Assembly (NCBI GenBank): GCA_964016885.1
Contig: OZ024752.1
Coordinates: forward strand, 14,074,001-14,138,000
DNA from: Eledone cirrhosa
Taxonomy: Eukaryota
Direction of reading: 5' to 3'
Length of the DNA stretch: 64,000 bases
Made by a program: the position numbers and the translations under genes. A model generated the notes under the pieces. The model ran no database searches, was not told where the DNA came from, and saw only the letters and a program-made list of their open reading frames with translations. Below are positions 54,760 through 64,000 of the stretch, piece after piece; positions within the stretch are counted from its first letter, which is position 1; every line of letters begins with the position of its first letter.

Positions 54760-55700
54760 TGCAGATCAGAGGAAAATGTTTAAATTAGAGGAGAAACGAC
54801 ACATGAATAAAGTGTATAAAATAAAGTTGAAAGGTTTAGATATAGCCATGGAAGAAGTGAAACAGCGAATTAAGGTAAAATCTAATCTGGTTTAGGGGTT
54901 GGAGTAATAAATACGAATAGATCTCTGCGAATGAAAAAATGTTCTTTAGCATATTGTTAGGGGGAAATAGTGCAGAGCTGACATATAATGCTGAAGAATC
55001 AACATAATTGTTTTCACTTTTGGCACAAGGCCAGCAAATATTCCAGTACATTACTGGTACTTTATTTTACCGACCCCATAAGGATGAAAGGCAAAGTTAA
55101 CTTCGGTGGGATTTGAACTCATATCATAAACGGCCGCAACTATGTACTACAAAGCATGGCATCCGACCCTCTAACTGACGAATCAACATAATTGTTTCTA
55201 CTCTTGGCACAAGGCCAGCAATTACTCAGTGCATTACTGGTACTTTATTTTATCGACCCCGTAAGGATGAAAGGCAAAGTTTACCTCGGCAGTTTACAAA
55301 GTTTACTCTGTGCTACAAAGCATATTGTCCGACCCTCTACGAATCAACATAATGTTGGTCAAATCTAAGGGGAATTGCGAAAGAGCATAACAAATATGTA
55401 AAATGGATAAATAACGTCGAGCATAAGATCTGTAATGAACCAAATCCAGAGATGGAAAAGGAAGATTTTACAGCGGAATTTAGGAAAATGCCAAACTCGA
55501 AATCTCCAGTATCGGATGGGATGCAAGGATTCTGGTTGAAAAGATTTACGAGGTTAGGAAACGAACTAAAGAATTGTGTAGTACAAGGATAAGCTCCGAG
55601 CAGGATATTTGAAGGAAAGATGTCTTTGATAATGAACGATGAAAGGAAAGGTCCGATAGTTGGAAAATACATTGAGATTGCCTTCTTGGAATTACATTTA
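54760..55700 (+). pseudogene. Dong/R4-clade LINE remnant interrupted by two minus-strand SINEs (55006-55175, 55190-55340)
   Basis: YKIKLKGLDIAMEEVKQRIK, WSNL..KEHNKYVKWI, KMPNSKSPVSDGMQGFWLK. Confidence 0.7.
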
Positions 55701-56362
55701 AAGACGTAGCAATGAGGTTGATTGTGTTGCAGTGCACCTCCAAACCTACTAGGCTAACGATCTCGATTGATTTCTATCAATCGAGATATATTCATAAGTT
55801 TACATCTTGAAAAAATGATATCATTAAATGTTATTAAAGGAAAGTTAAAATAAGACAGATGAAGGAACATGCACACACATGCACACACAAGCACACATAT
55901 GCTCACACACACACAATCGCACACACACACACACACACACACACATACTCACAATCACACACGCACACAACCCTACTTACCTGCAGATATGTAGATTTAA
56001 TTATTCAAATGTGGTTTACATACATATACATAAATAGAATATTTCTGCATTTTCTACATGTATGTGTGTATTTCCGTGAGTGTGTATGGCCGTAAACACA
56101 AGCGTATATATTTGTGTATATATAAATATGCATACATACAAGTATACATGCATTTATGAGTGATTATATATATGTTTATATATACATATACATATATATA
56201 TATATGAACACACACACACACGCACACACACACACACATATATATATATACATACATATATCAACATATACATATATGTAAGCATACATATATGCACATA
56301 TGTATAAATATATACATATAAAGATATATATAACTATACATTTATTGGAAGAGAATAAAATG

Positions 56363-56471
56363 AAATTTCATTTCTCACTCTTAGTACGGCTGATACTTAA
56401 ATGTAAGTATGTATACGTACATACACATATGTATACAGACGTACAGTAGTATGTATATATATACATACATG

Positions 56472-56518
<47 letters not shown>

Positions 56519-57066
56519 GTATGGGTTTACCGAACATTTATAATAATGTTCGGTTTGTTTGTAAACAACCAGCCCGAATAAAGACGTGCAATGTTCGGCA
56601 GCCATCGTCGCTCTTTTGTTCAACAATGACAAAGGAACGATGAACTAGTTTCAAGCTTATTAGCTATCATCAGCATCGTATACCTTTCTGTCAGATGATT
56701 GAACGTTTGAAAGTATATACTTTCCTTATGCATATTAACGGCTGAGCAGCCTAATTTGCATATCGAGTGAGTTAGTCGGCCGCGCGTACCGAAAACGATA
56801 AATGGAAAAAATGAAATGAAATTTCAATTCTCACTCTTAGTACGGCTGTTATTTAAATATAAGTATATATACGTACATACATATATGTATACAGACGTAG
56901 AGTAGTATGTATATATATACATACAAGCACACATATATATGTATATGTACGTATGGTTTTACCGAACATTTATTATAATGTTCGGTTTGTTTTTAACAAA
57001 AGAGCGACGATGGTTGCCGAACACTCTACGGCTTAATTCGTGCTGGTTGTTTACAAACAAACCGAA
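56363..57066 (-). mobile_element. HHR element, 456-bp unit x1.4 with short inverted arm 56995-57066
   Basis: TTAGTACGGCTG at 56381 and 56837. Confidence 0.8.
56637..56679 (-). ncRNA. Minimal type I hammerhead
   Basis: ACGATG-CTGATGA-T AGCT AATA AGCT T-GAAA-CTAG-TT-CATCGT. Confidence 0.8.
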
Positions 57067-57293
57067 CTCATTAACACGTTGCCGAAGGATCTGACAAGGG
57101 CTAGGGGTTCTTCACTCCCAGTGGTTTAACTGCGCGATCGGGTATCCAGCCCGACTATTTATATGTCACCGCGCATAAAGGAAAAACAAAAAAAAACTCA
57201 CTTATTGACACTCATACGTACGACATATACACACATACATACGCTCGCACACACCAACACTCATACAAACAAACACACACACGCTACTCACTT

Positions 57294-57358
<65 letters not shown>

Positions 57359-57468
57359 CGTCATTACTGATACAGGATTACAAGATTATGTCAACTGTTG
57401 ACTTTCGAAAGAGTTCGTATAGTTGAAGCCGTTCGTGTTACCGTTCAGTATTATTATAATTTCTGTAC

Positions 57469-57620
57469 AGCATAGAGCTATGGCCCTCCACGCTCCGAGC
57501 TCAAATCCAGCCGAGGTCAACCTTGCCTTTCATCCCCACGGAGTCAACAAAAGAGAGTACCAGTAATGCGCTGGAACAATCGCTGGCTCCGTACCAAAAG
57601 CAGAAAAATTATTATTATTA
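57469..57620 (+). mobile_element. 5'-truncated SINE copy with T>C hypermutation
   Basis: Colinear with the other copies of the family. Confidence 0.8.
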
Positions 57621-57947
57621 AAGTTGTTTTCTTAAGGCCCGATCGCTGGTGATGGAGATGGCGGCTGTGGATGTTGGTGGGGGTGGCGGGGTGGTGGCAG
57701 TTCATGTTGTTGTTGCGTTGTATGTGTGTGTTTGTGTGTGTTTATCTGTTTTCTTTTTTTGTGTTATTTTTATTTTTTATTTTATCGTTTGATACCGCTG
57801 TTGTTGTTGTAAATGTTCATTTCATTTCATTCTGAAGCTTTTGTTGCTGTAAATATTAGTGCCGGTGTTGTTGTTGTTGTAGATGTCAGGGTTGAAATCT
57901 GATCGTTTGACTGAGTGATGTATATACACACATATACATATATATAT

Positions 57948-58300
57948 AAGCAGAAGTGATATTCAACTTGTTGGTAATTCAACATATATAAATGTTTATA
58001 ACTGATTCAGAGCACTCGACAAGTTTTCTGGAGTATAATATTCAATGATATTAAATAAATGGAAACTATATTTATAAAACCATATTTATTCTATTATATA
58101 TATTTCAAGGGTACCAAAACTTTGGTATCCAAGGAAACCTTGAACCGTTAAGGTATTTTCCTTGGTTATGTCAACATTTATAAAACACACTTCGTATTTT
58201 ATCTGATGAAAGCGTACCAAAGTTTTGGTGCCCTTGAAATATATATAATAGAATAAATATGGTTTTATAAAAACAGTTTCCATTTATTTAATATCATTGA
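57948..58300. mobile_element. Fold-back HHR element; HHR on + at 58195-58255
   Basis: TATTTTAT-CTGATGA-AAGCGTACCAA AGTT TTGGTGCCCTT-GAAA-TATATA-TA-ATAGAATA; 58042-58127 inverted against 58215-58300. Confidence 0.78.
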
Positions 58301-58321
58301 GTATATTGAGTACTCACACGC

Positions 58322-58356
<35 letters not shown>

Positions 58357-58940
58357 CACACACAGAGATTCAACACCGGGTAGAGAGTTTGGCAATAGGT
58401 CAGTGACTTTAGTCCACAAGGGTAATAACATATGTAAATGTAAATGTGGAGGTAGGGAGTGTAGACGTTATTGTGGTGGCGGGGAGCAGTGACATGTATC
58501 TAGTTCATTTGTCCGTTTTCTTCTCTTTGCAAAATTTGAATTTTAGCCATGTTATATTGAGATGTAGTAATTGTAAAATGTAAAATATAAATAAGGATTG
58601 CTCTGGCAAAATATACGAAAATATTTGTGTAACTTCCACAAACTTCTGTCGTGACATTCCCGAGGCCAGTGACAAAAAAATTGTTGTATTTTGATGTTTC
58701 AGAATACAAAAAATTATTAAAAACTTACCCCACGAAAAGACAGCGTGTGTTGGCCTATTTATAAGCCGCCTATCTTATATACATATCATATATCATATAT
58801 CATATATCATATATACATATACTTATAGGTATGTATACATACATATATGCATATACATATATGTATACACACATATATACATATACATATATGTATACAT
58901 ACATATATACATATACATATATGTCTACATACATATATGC

Positions 58941-59021
<81 letters not shown>

Positions 59022-59033
59022 TATATACATATA

Positions 59034-59071
<38 letters not shown>

Positions 59072-59520
59072 TGCATATATATATATACATAGATATACCT
59101 ATATGTATACATACGTACATGCATATATATATATATATGCACATACATGTATATATACATATATATATGCATATACATGTATATATACATATATATATGC
59201 ATATACATGTATATATACATATATATATGCATATACATGTATGTATACATAGATATATACATATATGGATATATATATATATGCATACATATATATATAT
59301 GTATATACATAGATATATGCATATACATATATGTATACATATATGCATATAAATATATATATATGCATATACCTATATGTATACATACATATATGTATAC
59401 ATACATATATGCATATAAATATATCTATATATATATACATATACCTATATGTATACATATATGCATATACATATATGTATACATACATATATGCATATAA
59501 ATATATATATATATATATAT

Positions 59521-59978
59521 GGAAAGTTATATTTAAAATTGTTGGGTTACAACTAGTAAATATTCATAACTGATATAAAAGCACTCGACAAATATTTGGA
59601 GTATATTTACAATATTAAATAAATGGAAACTATATTTATAAAACCATATTTATTTCATTATATATATTTCGGGGATATCATATTAACAATATGCTATGCC
59701 TTCCTCAGACAAAATACAATATAAACAGTTTTATAGATAAATAGATTCGACATAACGTTATAACACCGACTTGCATTTGAAGAGGTTGACTGCCAGTTTA
59801 ACCTCTTCAAATGCAAGTCGGTGTTATAACGGTATGTCGAATCTATTTATCTATAAAACTGTTTATATTGTATTTTGTCTGAGGAAGGCATAGCATATTG
59901 TTAATATGATATCCCCGAAATATATATAATGAAATAAATATGGTTTTATAAATATAGTTTCCATTTATTTAATATTGT
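59521..59978. mobile_element. Fold-back HHR element centred near 59793; HHRs at 59651-59716 (-) and 59871-59936 (+)
   Basis: TATTTTGT-CTGAGGA-..-GAAA-TATATA-TA-ATGAAATA; shares its 3' region with the 57948 element. Confidence 0.75.
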
Positions 59979-60257
59979 ATATATATACATACACCTATAT
60001 ATATATACATATACATATATGTATATATATATACATATACCTATATGTATACATAGATATATGCATATATATATATACATATTCTCATATGTATACATAC
60101 ATATATGCATATATATATATATATACATATATGCACATATATATAAACATATTCCCATATGTATACATACATATATGCATATATATATACATATATGCAT
60201 ATATATACATATATGCATATATATATACATATATGCATATATATATACATGCATATA

Positions 60258-60297
<40 letters not shown>

Positions 60298-60874
60298 CAC
60301 ATGCATATTTATACATATATACATGCATATATGTATCTCTACCTATGTATATGTGTTTTTGTGCCTGTGTACATCCCCAATTTATAAATGTGCAAGTCAA
60401 TATCACTGGAAACTTTATATTAAAATGCATTAAAGTATCCTTTCCTACAGTTGAAGAATTAGATTACATGAAAGAAGCTTGCCCGAGGTTAAATCTGAGA
60501 TTTCTTATAATGTTTTGAAGATTAAAGCATAGAGTGATGAGTTAAAAGGAACGGAGGTTGTAGATCGATAGGAAGCTGTTCACATATTAACATGTTTTGT
60601 TCAAGTAAGAAATGAATCTTATATAAACATCTTTCCGATAGTATGGCTTAAATTCTATAATTTGAAAAATTTACTGTTTTTGCTGAGATAATTTCTATTG
60701 AATATTAAATTAGTACATATTTAAATTAATGTTTTTTAATCCATACGTATATATGATTTCGTATATGCGTGTATAATTGTCAAATATATATGTATATGTA
60801 TGTTTATCGTATTCTGATCGTTTGAAAATGGTTTCAATATATATATAAGAAGCAGTATATATATATATATATAT

Positions 60875-62618
<1,744 letters not shown>

Positions 62619-62997
62619 GATACGCTAGTCACTTTAACTCTCAAAACATTCATAATTGTCTTCTGATCGTCTCAACATAAAATGTATTAATCATTGAAAA
62701 ATATAGCTTTATTGCCATTTTATTTTACACATGTTGCTGTCTGTCCGCAGAGGAGATTGGTTCCGTCAGGGTTACAAAATGCCCTGGAAACTGCGTATGC
62801 CAATATGGTGCCCCTACGACTCCTCAGGAGTTACGGGTTCATAACATATCATACCAGTGGTCTGAATCATATAATTCTGGTAAAAATATATTTGTAGTCT
62901 GCAAGTCTATTATATGTATACGTGGACATAGCAAGATTGAATGTTTAAGAACTAAGTCATCTTTTCCATAGCCTAGGCACGATCTTTCGTCAATTGA

Positions 62998-63220
62998 CAC
63001 TTTAGCATTTAAACCGACTGTATCCGGTCAGAATTCTGTCATCTCTCTCTGTTCAAACCGGCTGTAACTAACCACTCATATTGATGTTAAGGTATTGTAC
63101 TCAAAATAAATAATATCAAAATCTGGTAGAATGGATATTATGAGAGATATTATGCTAGATCAATCCTTTACTGCGAAAATACAATAGTATACTATATAGC
63201 GTAATGTAAATGCTAAAGGG
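62998..63220. mobile_element. piggyBac-like MITE
   Basis: TTGA|CACTTTAGCATTTA ... TAAATGCTAAAGGG|TTAA. Confidence 0.5.
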
Positions 63221-63532
63221 TTAAATTGTGTAGACGGAAAGTGCTTCGGAGCCATTGTCAATTTTCCACAACGAATGGCTGAATTCACATGATAGTAATT
63301 TTAGACCCACAGTATACTTATATTATGATTAAAAATAAACATGAAAAATTCTGTAAAGTATACATTTCATGAGTAGGTACAATTAAATTCATAATATAAT
63401 TGTGTCCTTCCCGTCCTGCGGGGAAACGCCTTCTCTATTCTGTCCGCCGGGGCTGTGGAGAGACAAGCCGATTATATTACGAATTCTGTTGAATAGTCTT
63501 AAATACTTCAATACTTTGATATATATATATAC

Positions 63533-63794
63533 CAGAAGTCAGCTCAAAAGTGACACAGAGGAGACTGAGGTTAGCTGGACATGACCACCGACACCCAGAG
63601 TTGACATTGCACTCAGTGCTCCTCTGGCAGCCCCTACATGGACAAACTAGAAGAGGAAGTCCAAGGTTAACGTATGTTGATGCCCTAACGACAGACACTG
63701 GTCTGTTGGAGACGCAGGATATGGCAGCGATAATGAGGGACAGAGACCGCTGGAGAGAACTCGTCCATGGATCTCGGGAAATTTACCCGCCCTA
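63533..63794 (+). pseudogene. RTE LINE 3' fragment, same family as 35433-36575
   Basis: QRRLRLAGH..HPEL..WQPLHG..RLTYVD..MRDRDRWRELV. Confidence 0.85.
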
Positions 63795-63937
63795 GAATAA
63801 ATATATATAATAAAAAAAGAAAGTTCTGTTCGCATGCCAACACGAGAGCAAGAATGAAGGGTTCATTCTACGGTCATGGCTATAAAATTGAGGCTTGTTT
63901 GCATCATTGCAAGCGAATCGAATGTTATTAATATTAA

Positions 63938-64000
63938 GGGCGGTGGATTGGCAGTATCGGTAGAGGGTTGGACGCCATGCTTTCCAGCATAGTTACGTCC
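63938..64000 (+). mobile_element. SINE 5' end, cut by the window edge
   Basis: GGCGGTGGATTGGCAGTATCGGTAGAG. Confidence 0.8.

Noticed and set aside
62750-62880. Possible host exon in unique, higher-GC sequence (likewise 52808-53029, 38640-38790)
   Set aside because: Short, no recognisable domain and no convincing splice pair; needs RNA-seq

Overview
AT-rich, gene-free animal DNA, probably an octopus or other coleoid cephalopod (inferred from the SINE, Dong/R4 and RTE content and the giant (TA)n tracts). No host gene can be supported, and all YIYI-type ORFs are microsatellite noise. The window is dominated by Penelope-like retroelements (PLEs) and hammerhead ribozymes (HHRs). There are three PLE families: a near-complete copy at 26761-30650, a fold-back copy of the same family at 2500-6520, and decayed families at 7930-10028 and 43215-44540. 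About ten sequence families of short non-coding repeats each carry a type I HHR that I folded by eye. The main feature is an 8-kb palindromic array (16588-24601) of near-identical 591-bp units, 6 on the minus strand and about 7.6 on the plus strand. Each unit carries a variant hammerhead (UUGAUAA core with a U3-A8 swap, palindromic stem III), like a retrozyme. Most HHR elements share one architecture: two arms joined head-to-head, often by microhomology, with both 3' ends running into (TA)n. Other candidates: an in-frame U UUU UUA -1 frameshift site between an upstream ORF and the PLE RT, a SINE copy with an ADAR-like T>C hypermutation pattern, and a microsatellite that reiterates a segment of an HHR element. 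All structures were assigned manually; none was tested computationally or experimentally.
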